Positions 1-13,449 of a stretch of DNA of 64,000 nt are shown here, one piece after another. The position numbers and the translations under genes are program-made. The stretch's first letter is position 1; each line of letters begins with the position of its first letter. Under the pieces are notes generated by a model, which was not told the DNA's origin, searched no databases, and worked only from the letters and a program-made list of their open reading frames with translations. The DNA comes from Eledone cirrhosa (taxonomy: Eukaryota), in contig OZ024748.1 in NCBI GenBank assembly GCA_964016885.1, positions 36,456,001 to 36,520,000 on the forward strand. The letters are read 5' to 3'.

Positions 1-86
1 TCATAGTTATAATATAAGGTTAACAACACAACCTCACAGTCTGTCATAGTTATAATATAAGGTAAACAACACAACCTCACAGTCTG

Positions 87-3000
87 TCATAGTTATAATA
101 TAAGATTAACAACACAAACTCACAGTCTGTCATAGTTATAATATAAGGTTAACAACAACAACACAACCTCACAGTCTGTCATAGTTATAATATAAGGTTA
201 ACAACAAGACAGCCACACAGTCTGTCATAGTTATAATATAAGGTTAACAACAACACAGCCACACAGTGTGTCATAGTTATAATATAAGGTTAACAACACA
301 ACCTCACAGTCTGTCATAGTTATAATATAAGGTTAACAACACCACAACCTCACAGTCTGTCATAGTTATAATATAAGGTTAACAACACAACCTCACAGTC
401 TGTCATAGTTATAATATAAGGTTAACAACAACACAACCTCACAGTCTGTCATAGTTATAATATATGGTTAACAACATAACCTCACAGTCTGTCATAGTTA
501 TGATATAAGGTTAACAACAACACAACCACACAGTCTGTCATAGTTATAACATAAGGTTAACAACACAACCTCACAGTCTGTCATAGTTATAATATAAGGT
601 TAACAACAACACAACCACACAGTCTGTCATAGTTATAATATAAGGTTAACAACAACACAACCACACAGTCTGTCATAGTTATAATATAAGGTTAACAACA
701 CAACCTCACAGTCTGTCATAGTTATAATATAAGTTTAACAACAACACAAGCTCACAGTCTGTCATAGTTATAATATAAGGTTAACAACAACACAGCCTCA
801 CAGACTATCATAGTTATTATATAAAGTTAACAACACAACAACACAGTCTGTTATAGTTATAATATAAGCTTAACGACACAACCACACAGTCTGTCATAGT
901 TATAATATAAGGTTAAAAACACAACCTCACAGTCTTTCATATTTATAATATAAGGTTAACAACACAACCTCACAGTCTCTCATAGTTATAATATAAGGTT
1001 AACAACACAACCACACAGTCTGTCATAGTTATAATATAAGGTTAACAACAACACAAGCTCACAGTCTGTCATAGTTATAATATAAGGTTAACAACACAAC
1101 CACACAGTCTGTCATAGTTATAATATAAGGTTAACAACAACACCAGCTCACAGTCTGGCATAGTTATAACATAAGGTTAACAACACAACCTCACAGTCTG
1201 TCATAGTTATAATATAAGGTTAAGAACACAACCTCACAGTCTGTCATAGTTATAATATAAGGTTAACAACAACAACACAACCTCACAGTCTGTCATAGTT
1301 ATAATATAAGGTTAACAACAACACAGCCTCACAGTCTGTCATAGTTATAATATAAGGTTAACAACAACAACACAACCTCACAGTCTGTCATAGTTATAAT
1401 ATAAGGTTAACAACACAACCTCACAGTCTGTCATAGTTATAATATAAGGATAACAACACAACCTCACAGTCTGTCATAGTTATAATATAAGGTTAACAAC
1501 ACAACCTCACAGTCTGTCATAGTTATAATATAAGGTTAACAACAACACAGCCTCACAGTCTGTCATAGTTATAATATAAGGTTAACAACAACACAGCCTC
1601 ACAGTCTGTCATAGTTATAATATAAGGTTAACAACAACAACACAACCTCACAGTCTGTCATTGTTATAATATAAGGTTAACAACACAACCTCACAGTCTG
1701 TCATAGTTATAATATAAGGTTAACAACACAACCTCACAGTCTGTCATAGTTATAATATAAGGTTAACAACAACACAACCTCACAGTCTGCCATAGTTATA
1801 ATATAAGGTTAACAACACAACCTCACAGTCTTTCATAGTTATAAAATAAGGTTAACAACACAACCTCACAGTCTTTCATAGTTATAATATAAGGTTAACA
1901 ACACAACCTCACAGTCTTTCATTGTTATAATATAAGGTTAACAACACAACCACACAGTCTGTCATAGTTATAATATAAGTTTAACAACACAACCACACAG
2001 TCTGTCATAGTTATAATATAAGGTTAACAACACAACCTCACAGTCTTTCATAGTTATAATATAAGATTAACAGCACAAGCTCACAGTCTTTCATTGTTAT
2101 AATATAAGGTTAACAACACAACCACACAGTCTGTCATAGTTATAATATAAGCTTAACAACACAACCACACAGTCTGTCATAGTTATAATATAAGGTTAAC
2201 AACACAACCACACAGTCTTTCATAGTTATAATATAAGGTTAACAACACAACCTCACAGTCTCTCATAGTTATAATATAAGGTTAACAACACAACCACACA
2301 GTCTGTCATAGTTATAATATAAGGTTAACAACAACACAAGCTCACAGTCTGTCATAGTTATAATATAAGGTTAACAACACAACCACACAGTCTGTCATAG
2401 TTATAATATAAGGTTAACAACAACACCAGCTCACAGTCTGTCATAGTTATAATATAAGCTTAACAACACAACCACACAGTCTGTCATAGTTATAATATAA
2501 GTTTAACAACACAAACTCACAGTCTGTCATAGTTATAATATAAGGTTAACAACACAAGCTCACAGTCTGTCATAGTTATAATATAAGGTTAACAACAACA
2601 CAAGCTCACAGTCTGTCATAGTTATAATATAAGGTTAACAACACAACCTCACAGTCTGTCATAGTTATAATATAAGGTTAACAATAACACGACCTCACAG
2701 TCTGTCATAGTTATAATATAAGATTAACAACACAAACTCACAGTCTGTCATAGTTATAATATAAGGTTAACAACAACAACACAACCTCACAGTCTGTCAT
2801 AGTTATAATATAAGGTTAACAACAAGACAGCCACACAGTCTGTCATAGTTATAATATAAGGTTAACAACAACACAGCCACACAGTGTGTCATAGTTATAA
2901 TATAAGGTTAACAACACAACCTCACAGTCTGTCATAGTTATAATATAAGGTTAACAACACCACAACCTCACAGTCTGTCATAGTTATAATATAAGGTTAA

Positions 3001-3360
3001 CAACACAACCTCACAGTCTGTCATAGTTATAATATAAGGTTAACAACAACACAACCTCACAGTCTGTCATAGTTATAATATATGGTTAACAACATAACCT
3101 CACAGTCTGTCATAGTTATGATATAAGGTTAACAACACAACCTCACAGTCTGTCATAGTTATAATATAAGGTTAACAACAACACAACCACACAGTCTGTC
3201 ATAGTTATAATATAAGGTTAACAACACAACCTCACAGTCTGTCATAGTTATAATATAAGTTTAACAACAACACAAGCTCACAGTCTGTCATAGTTATAAT
3301 ATAAGGTTAACAACAACACAGCCTCACAGACTATCATAGTTATTATATAAAGTTAACAAC
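87..3360 (+). repeat. Repeated variant block (about 90-830 vs about 2705-3360), offset about 2618 bp
   Basis: Shared ordered rare variants: AGATTAAC..AAACTC (104/2722), AAGACAGCC, CACAGTGTG, AACACCACAACC, TATGGTT..AACATAACC, GACTATC..TATTATATAAAG. Confidence 0.8.
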
Positions 3361-6300
3361 ACAACCTCACAGTCTGTCATAGTTATAATATAAGGTCAAT
3401 AACACAACCTCACAGTCTGTCATAGTTATAATATAAGGTTAACAACACAACCTCACAGTCTGTCATAGTTATAATATAAGGTAAACAACACAACCTCACA
3501 GTCTGTCATAGTTATAATATAAGGTTAACAACACAACCTCACAGTCTGTCATAGTTATAATATAAGGTTAACAACAACACAGCCACACAGTCTGTCATAG
3601 TTATAATATAAGGTTAAAAACACAACCTCACAGTCTTTCATAGTTATAATATAAGGTTAACAACACAACAACACAGTCTGTTATAGTTATAATATAAGCT
3701 TAACGACACAACCACACAGTCTGTCATAGTTATAATATAAGGTTAACAACACAACCTCACAGTCTTTCATATTTATAATATAAGGTTAACAACACAACCT
3801 CACAGTCTCTCATAGTTATAATATAAGGTTAACAACACAACCACACAGTCTGTCATAGTTATAATATAAGGTTAACAACAACACAAGCTCACAGTCTGTC
3901 ATAGTTATAATATAAGGTTAACAACACAACCACACAGTCTGTCATAGTTATAATATAAGGTTAACAACAACACCAGCTCACAGTCTGGCATAGTTATAAT
4001 ATAAGGTTAACAACACAACCACACAGTCTGTCATAGTTATAATATAAGGTTAACAACACAACCTCACAGTCTGTCATAGTTATAATATAAGGTTAACAAT
4101 AACACAACCTCACAGTGTCATAGTTATAATATAAGGTTAACAATAACACAACCTCACAGTCTGTCATAGTTATAATATAAGGTTAACAACACAACCTTAC
4201 AGTCTGTCATATTTATAATATAAGGTTAACAACAACACAAGCTCACAGTCTGTCATAGTTATAATATAAGGTTAACAAGACAACCTCACAGTCTGTCATA
4301 GTTATAATATAAGGTTAACAATAACACAACCTCACAGTCTGTCATAGTTATAATATAAGGTTAACAACACAACCTCACAGTCTGTCATAGTTATAATATA
4401 AGGTTAACAACAACACAACCTCACAGTCTGTCATAGTTATAATATAAGGTTAACAATAACACAACCTCACAGTCTGTCATAGTTATAATATAAGGTTAAC
4501 AACACAACCTCACAGTCTGTCATAGTTATAATATAAGGTTAACAACACAACCTCACAGTCTGTCATAGTTATAATATAAGGTTAACAACAACACAACCTC
4601 ACAGTCTGTCATAGTTATAATATAAGGTTAACAACAACACAACCTCACAGTCTGTCATAGTTATAATATAAGGTTAACAACAACACAACCTCACAGTCTG
4701 TCATAGTTATAATATATGGTTAACAACACAACCTCACAGTCTGTCATAGTTATGATATAAGGTTAACAACACAACCTCACAGTCTGTCATAGTTATAATA
4801 TAAGGTTAACAACAACACAACCACACAGTCTGTCATAGTTATAATATAAGGTTAACAACACAACCTCACAGTCTGTCATAGTTATAATATAAGTTTAACA
4901 ACAACACAATCTCACAGTCTGTCATAGTTATAATATAAGGTTAACAACACAACCACACGGTCTATCATAGTTATAATATAATGTTAACAACACAACCACA
5001 CAGTCTGTCATAGTTATAATATAAGGTTAACAATACAACCACACAGTCTGTCATAGTTATAATATAAGGTTAACAACACATCCTCACAGTCTGTCATAGT
5101 TATAATATAAGGTTAACAACACAACCTCACAGTCTTTCATAGTTATAATATAAGATTAACAACACAACCTCACAGTCTGTCATAGTTATAATATAAGGTT
5201 AACAACACAACCACACAGTCTGTCATAGTTATAATATAAGGTTAACAACAACACAGCCTCACAGACTATCATAGTTATAATATAAGGTTAACAACACAAC
5301 CTCACAGTCTGTCATAGTTATAATATAAGGTCAATAACACAACCTCACAGTCTGTCATAGTTATAATATAAGGTTAACAACACAACCTCACAGTATGTCA
5401 TAGTTATAATATAAGGTTAACAACACAACCTCACAGTCTGTCATAGTTATAATATAAGGTTAACAACACAACCTCACAGTCTGTCATAGTTATAATATAA
5501 GGTTAACAACAACACAGCCTCACAGTCTGTCATAGTTATTATATTAGTTTAACAACAACACAGCCTCACAGTCTGTCATAGTTATAATATAAGGTTAACA
5601 ACAACAGCACAACCTCACAGTCTGTCATTGTTATAATATAAGGTTAACAACACAACCTCACAGTCTGTCATAGTTATAATATAAGGTTAACAACACAACC
5701 TCACAGTCTGTCATAGTTATAATATAAGGTTAACAACACAACCTCACAGTCTGTCATAGTTATAATATAAGGTTAACAACAACACAACCTCACGGTCTGT
5801 CATAGTTATAATATAAGGTTAACAACATAACCTCACAGTCTTTCATAGTTATAATATAAGGTTAACAACACAACCTCACAGTCTTTCATAGTTATAATAT
5901 AGGGTTAACAACACAACCTCACAGTCTTTCATTGTTATAATATAAGGTTAACAACACAACCACACAGTCTGTCATAGTTATAATATAAGGTTAACAACAC
6001 AACCACACAGTCTGTCATAGTTATAATATAAGTTTAACAACACATCCTCACAGTCTTTCATAGTTATAATATAAGGTTAACAGCACAACCTCACAGTCTT
6101 TCATTGTTATAATATAAGGTTAACAACACAACCACACAGTCTGTCATAGTTATAATATAAGGTTAACAACACAAACTCACAGTCTGTCATAGTTATAATA
6201 TAAGGTTAACAACACAAGCTCACAGTCTGTCATAGTTATAATATAAGGTTAACAACAACACAAGCTCACAGTCTGTCATAGTTATAATATAAGGTTAACA

Positions 6301-9300
6301 ACACAACCTCACAGTCTGTCATAGTTATAATATAAGGTTAAAAATAACACAACCTCACAATCTGTCATAGTTATAATATAAGGTTAACAACACAAACTCA
6401 CAGTCTGTCATAGTTATACTATAAGGTTAACAACAACAACACAACCTCACAGTCTGTCATAGTTATAATATAAGGTTAACAACAAGACAGCCACACAGTC
6501 TGTCATAGTTATAATATAAGGTTAACAACAACACAACCTCACAGTCTGCCATAGTTATAATATAAGGTTAACAACACAACCTCACAGTCTTTCATAGTTA
6601 TAATATAAGGTTAACAACACAACCTCACAGTCTTTCATAGTTATAATATAAGGTTAACAACACAACCTCACAGTCTTTGATTGTTATAATATAAGGTTAA
6701 CAACACAACCACACAGTCTGTCATAGTTATAATATAAGGTTAACAACACAACCACACAGTCTGTCATAGTTATAATATAAGGTTAACAACACAACCTCAC
6801 AGTCTTTCATAGTTATAATATAAGGTTAACAGCACAACCTCACCGTCTTTCATTGTTATAATATAAGGTTAACAACACAAACACACAGTCTGTCATAGTT
6901 ATAATATAAGGTTAACAAAACAACCTCACAGTCTTTCATAGTTATAATATAAGGTTAACAACACAACCACACAGTCTGTCATAGTTATAATATAAGCTTA
7001 ACAACACAACCACACAGTCTGTCATAGTTATAATATAAGGTTAACAACACAACCTCACAGTCTTTCATAGTTATAATATAAGGTTAACAACACAACCTCA
7101 CAGTCTCTCATAGTTATAATATAAGGTTAACAACACAACCACACAGTCTGTCATAGTTATAATATAAGGTTAACAACAACACAAGCTCACAGTCTGTCAT
7201 AGTTATAATATAAGTTTAACAACAACACAAGCTCACAGTCTGTCATAGTTATAATATAAGGTTAACAACAACACAGCCTCACAGACTATCATAGTTATTA
7301 TATAAAGTTAACAACACAACCTCACAGTCTGTCATAGTTATAATATAAGGTCAATAACACAACCTCACAGTCTGTCATAGTTATAATATAAGGTTAACAA
7401 CACAACCTCACAGTCTGTCATAGTTATAATATAAGGTAAACAACACAACCTCACAGTCTGTCATAGTTATAATATAAGGTTAACAACACAACCTCACAGT
7501 CTGTCATAGTTATAATATAAGGTTAACAACAACACAGCCACACAGTCTGTCATAGTTATAATATAAGGTTAAAAACACAACCTCACAGTCTTTCATAGTT
7601 ATAATATAAGGTTAACAACACAACAACACAGTCTGTTATAGTTATAATATAAGCTTAACGACACAACCACACAGTCTGTCATAGTTATAATATAAGGTTA
7701 ACAACACAACCTCACAGTCTTTCATATTTATAATATAAGGTTAACAACACAACCTCACAGTCTCTCATAGTTATAATATAAGGTTAACAACACAACCACA
7801 CAGTCTGTCATAGTTATAATATAAGGTTAACAACAACACAAGCTCACAGTCTGTCATAGTTATAATATAAGGTTAACAACACAACCACACAGTCTGTCAT
7901 AGTTATAATATAAGGTTAACAACAACACCAGCTCACAGTCTGGTATAGTTATAATATAAGGTTAACAACACAACCACACAGTCTGTCATAGTTATAATAT
8001 AAGGTTAACAACACAACCTCACAGTCTGTCATAGTTATAATATAAGGTTAACAATAACACAACCTCACAGTCTGTCATAGTTATAATATAAGGTTAACAA
8101 TAACACAACCTCACAGTCTGTCATAGTTATAATATAAGGTTAACAACACAACCTTACAGTCTGTCATATTTATAATATAAGGTTAACAACAACACAAGCT
8201 CACAGTCTGTCATAGTTATAATATAAGGTTAACAACACAACCTCACAGTCTGTCATAGTTATAATATAAGGTTAACAATAACACAACCTCACAGTCTGTC
8301 ATAGTTATAATATAAGGTTAACAACACAACCTCACAGTCTGTCATAGTTATAATATAAGGTTAACAACAACACAACCTCACAGTCTGTCATAGTTATAAT
8401 ATAAGGTTAACAATAACACAACCTCACAGTCTGTCATAGTTATAATATAAGGTTAACAACACAACCTCACAGTCTGTCATAGTTATAATATAAGGTTAAC
8501 AATAACACAACCTCACAGTCTGTCATAGTTATAATATAAGGTTAACAACACAACCTCACAGTCTGTCATAGTTATAATATAAGGTTAACAACAACACAAC
8601 CTCACAGTCTGTCATAGTTATAATATAAGGTTAACAACAACACAACCTCACAGTCTGTCATAGTTATAATATAAGGTTAACAACAACACAACCTCACAGT
8701 CTGTCATAGTTATAATATATGGTTAACAACACAACCTCACAGTCTGTCATAGTTATGATATAAGGTTAACAACACAACCTCACAGTCTGTCATAGTTATA
8801 ATATAAGGTTAACAACAACACAACCACACAGTCTGTCATAGTTATAATATAAGGTTAACAACACAACCTCACAGTCTGTCATAGTTATAATATAAGTTTA
8901 ACAACAACACAATCTCACAGTCTGTCATAGTTATAATATAAGGTTAACAACACAACCACACGGTCTATCATAGTTATAATATAATGTTAACAACACAACC
9001 ACACAGTCTGTCATAGTTATAATATAAGGTTAACAATACAACCACACAGTCTGTCATAGTTATAATATAAGGTTAACAACACATCCTCACAGTCTGTCAT
9101 AGTTATAATATAAGGTTAACAACACAACCTCACAGTCTTTCATAGTTATAATATAAGGTTAACAACACAACCTCACAGTCTGTCATAGTTATAATATAAG
9201 GTTAACAACACAACCACACAGTCTGTCATAGTTATAATATAAGGTTAACAACAACACAGCCTCACAGACTATCATAGTTATAATATAAGGTTAACAACAC

Positions 9301-11210
9301 AACCTCACAGTCTGTCATAGTTATAATATAAGGTCAATAACACAACCTCACAGGCTGTCATAGTTATAATATAAGGTTAACAACAAAACCTCACAGTATG
9401 TCATAGTTATAATATAAGGTTAACAACACAACCTCACAGTCTGTCATAGTTATAATATAAGGTTAACAACACAACCTCACAGTCTGTCATAGTTATAATA
9501 TAAGGTTAACAACAACACAGCCTCACAGTCTGTCATAGTTATTATATTAGTTTAACAACAACACAGCCTCACAGTCTGTCATAGTTATAATATAAGGTTA
9601 ACAACAACAACACAACCTCACAGTCTGTCATTGTTATAATATAAGGTTAACAACACAACCTCACAGTCTGTCATAGTTATAATATAAGGTTAACAACACA
9701 ACCTCACAGTCTGTCATAGTTATAATATAAGGTTAACAACACAACCTCACAGTCTGTCATAGTTATAATATAAGGTTAACAACAACACAACCTCACGGTC
9801 TGTCATAGTTATAATATAAGGTTAACAACATAACCTCACAGTCTTTCATAGTTATAATATAAGGTTAACAACACAACCTCACAGTCTTTCATAGTTATAA
9901 TATAAGGTTAACAACACAACCTCACAGTCTTTCATTGTTATAATATAAGGTTAACAACACAACCACACAGTCTGTCATAGTTATAATATAAGGTTAACAA
10001 CACAACCACACAGTCTGTCATAGTTATAATATAAGTTTAACAACACATCCTCACAGTCTTTCATAGTTATAATATAAGGTTAACAGCACAACCTCACAGT
10101 CTTTCATTGTTATAATATAAGGTTAACAACACAACCACACAGTCTGTCATAGTTATAATATAAGGTTAACAACACAAACTCACAGTCTGTCATAGTTATA
10201 ATATAAGGTTAACAACACAAGCTCACAGTCTGTCATAGTTATAATATAAGGTTAACAACAACACAAGCTCACAGTCTGTCATAGTTATAATATAAGGTTA
10301 ACAACACAACCTCACAGTCTGTCATAGTTATAATATAAGGTTAAAAATAACACAACCTCACAATCTGTCATAGTTATAATATAAGGTTAACAACACAAAC
10401 TCACAGTCTGTCATAGTTATACTATAAGGTTAACAACAACAACACAACCTCACAGTCTGTCATAGTTATAATATAAGGTTAACAACAAGACAGCCACACA
10501 GTCTGTCATAGTTATAATATAAGGTTAACAACAACACAACCTCACAGTCTGCCATAGTTATAATATAAGGTTAACAACACAACCTCACAGTCTTTCATAG
10601 TTATAATATAAGGTTAACAACACAACCTCACAGTCTTTCATAGTTATAATATAAGGTTAACAACACAACCTCACAGTCTTTGATTGTTATAATATAAGGT
10701 TAACAACACAACCACACAGTCTGTCATAGTTATAATATAAGGTTAACAACACAACCACACAGTCTGTCAGAGTTATAATATAAGGTTAACAACACAACCT
10801 CACAGTCTTTAATAGTTATAATATAAGGTTAACAGCACAACCTCACCGTCTTTCATTTTTATAATATAAGGTTAACAACACAAACACACAGTCTGTCATA
10901 GTTATAATATAAGGTTAACAACACAACCTCACAGTCTTTCATAGTTATAATATAAGGTTAACAACACAACCACACAGTCTGTCATAGTTATAATATAAGC
11001 TTAACAACACAACCACACAGTCTGTCATAGTTATAATATAAGGTTAACAACACAACCTCACAGTCTTTCATAGTTATAATATAAGGTTAACAACACAACC
11101 TCACAGTCTCTCATAGTTATAATATAAGGTTAACAACACAACCACACAGTCTGTCATAGTTATAATATAAGGTTAACAACAACACAAGCTCACAGTCTGT
11201 CATAGTTATA
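3245..11210 (+). repeat. Tandem segmental duplication, two copies of about 4.0 kb (junction near 7200)
   Basis: Markers at offset 4003: TATTAG 5542/9545, TATACT 6418/10421, CTTTGATTG about 6676/10679, CACCGTC 6841/10844. Upstream offset is 3955 (TAACGAC 3704/7659), explained by a 2-bp deletion near 4115 plus one extra 46-bp unit in copy 2. Confidence 0.9.
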
Positions 11211-13449
11211 ATATAAGGTTAACAACACAACCACACAGTCTGTCATAGTTATAATATAAGTTTAACAACAACACCAGCTCACAGTCTGTCATAGTTATAA
11301 TATAAGGTTAACAACACAACCACACAGTCTGTCATAGTTATAATATAAGGTTAACAACACAAACTCACAGTCTGTCATAGTTATAATATAAGGTTAACAA
11401 CACAAGCTCACAGTCTGTCATAGTTATAATATAAGGTTAACAACAACACAAGCTCAAAGTCTGTCATAGTTATAATATAAGGTTAACAACACAACCTCAC
11501 AGTCTGTCATAGTTATAATATAAGGTTAACAATAACACAACCTCACAGTCTGTCATAGTTATAATATAAGGTTAACAACACAAACTCACAGTCTGTCATA
11601 GTTATACTATAAGGTTAACAACAACAACACAACCTCACAGTCTGTCATAGTTATAATATAAGGTTAACAACAAGACAGCCACACAGTCTGTCATAGTTAT
11701 AATATAAGGTTAACGACAACACAGCCACACAGTGTGTCATAGTTATAATATAAGTTTAACAACACAACCTCACAGTCTGTCATAGTTATAATATAAGGTT
11801 AACAACAGCACAACCTCACAGTCTGTCATAGTTATAATATAAGGTTAACAACACAACCTCACAGTCTGTCATAGTTATAATATAAGGTTAACAACAACAC
11901 AACCTCACAGTCTGTCATAGTTATAATATATGGTTAACAACACAACCTCACAGTCTGTCATAGTTATGATATAAGGTTAACAACACAACCTCACAGTCTG
12001 TCATAGTTATAATATAAGGTTAACAACAACACAACCACACAGTCTGTCATAGTTATAATATAAGGTTAACAACACAACCTCACAGTCTGTCATAGTTATA
12101 ATATAAGTTTAACAACAACACAAGCTCACAGTCTGTCATAGTTATAATATAAGGTTAACAACACAACCACACAGTCTATCATAGTTATAATATAATGTTA
12201 ACAACACAACCACACAGTCTGTCATAGTTATAATATAAGGTTAACAATACAACCACACAGTCTGTCATAGTTATAATATAAGGTTAACAACACAACCTCA
12301 CAGTCTGTCATAGTTATAATATAAGGTTAACAACACAACCACACAGTCTGACATAGTTATTATATAAGGTTAACAACACAACCACACAGTCTGTCATAGT
12401 TATAATATAAGGTTAACAACAACACAGCCTCACAGACTATCATAGTTATAATATAAGGTTAACAACACAACCTCACAGTCTGTCATAGTTATAATATAAG
12501 GTCAATAACACAACCTCACAGTCTGTCATAGTTATAATATAAGGTTAACAACACAACCTCACAGTCTGTCATAGTTATAATATAAGGTTAACAACAACAA
12601 CACAACCTCACAGTCTGTCATTGTTATAATATAAGGTTAACAACACAACCTCACAGTCTGTCATAGTTATAATATAAGTTTAACAACACAACCTCACAGT
12701 CTGTCATAGTTATGATATAAGGTTAATAACACAACCTCACAGTCTGTCATAGTTATAATATAAGGTTAACAACAACACAACCACACAGTCTGTCATAGTT
12801 ATAATATAAGGTTAACAACACAACCTCACAGTCTGTCATAGTTATAATATAAGTTTAACAACAACACAACCTCACAGTCTGTCATAGTTATAATATATGG
12901 TTAGCAATACAACCTCACAGTCTGTCATAGTTATGATATAAGGTTAACAACACAACCTCACAGTCTGTCATAGTTATAATATAAGGTTAACAACAACACA
13001 ACCACACAGTCTGTCATAGTTATAATATAAGGTTAACAACACAACCTCACAGTCTGTCATAGTTATAATATAAGTTTAACAACAACACAAGCTCACAGTC
13101 TGTCATAGTTATAATATAAGGTTAACAACACAACCACACAGTCTATCATAGTTATAATATAATGTTAACAACACAACCACACAGTCTGTCATAGTTATAA
13201 TATAAGGTTAACAATACAACCACACAGTCTGTCATAGTTATAATATAAGGTTAACAACACAACCTCACAGTCTGTCATAGTTATAATATAAGGTTAACAA
13301 CACAACCACACAGTCTGTCATAGTTATAATATAAGGTTAACAACACAACCACACAGTCTGTCATAGTTATAATATAAGGTTAACAACAACACAGCCTCAC
13401 AGACTATCATAGTTATAATATAAGGTTAACAACACAACCTCACAGTCTG

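Noticed and set aside
260-305. RAG/Transib RSS-like signal (CACAGTG in the variant, CACAGTC in the consensus)
   Set aside because: No adequate ACAAAAACC nonamer at 12 or 23 bp spacing (best about 6/9 at 26 bp), and no inverted partner or transposase.
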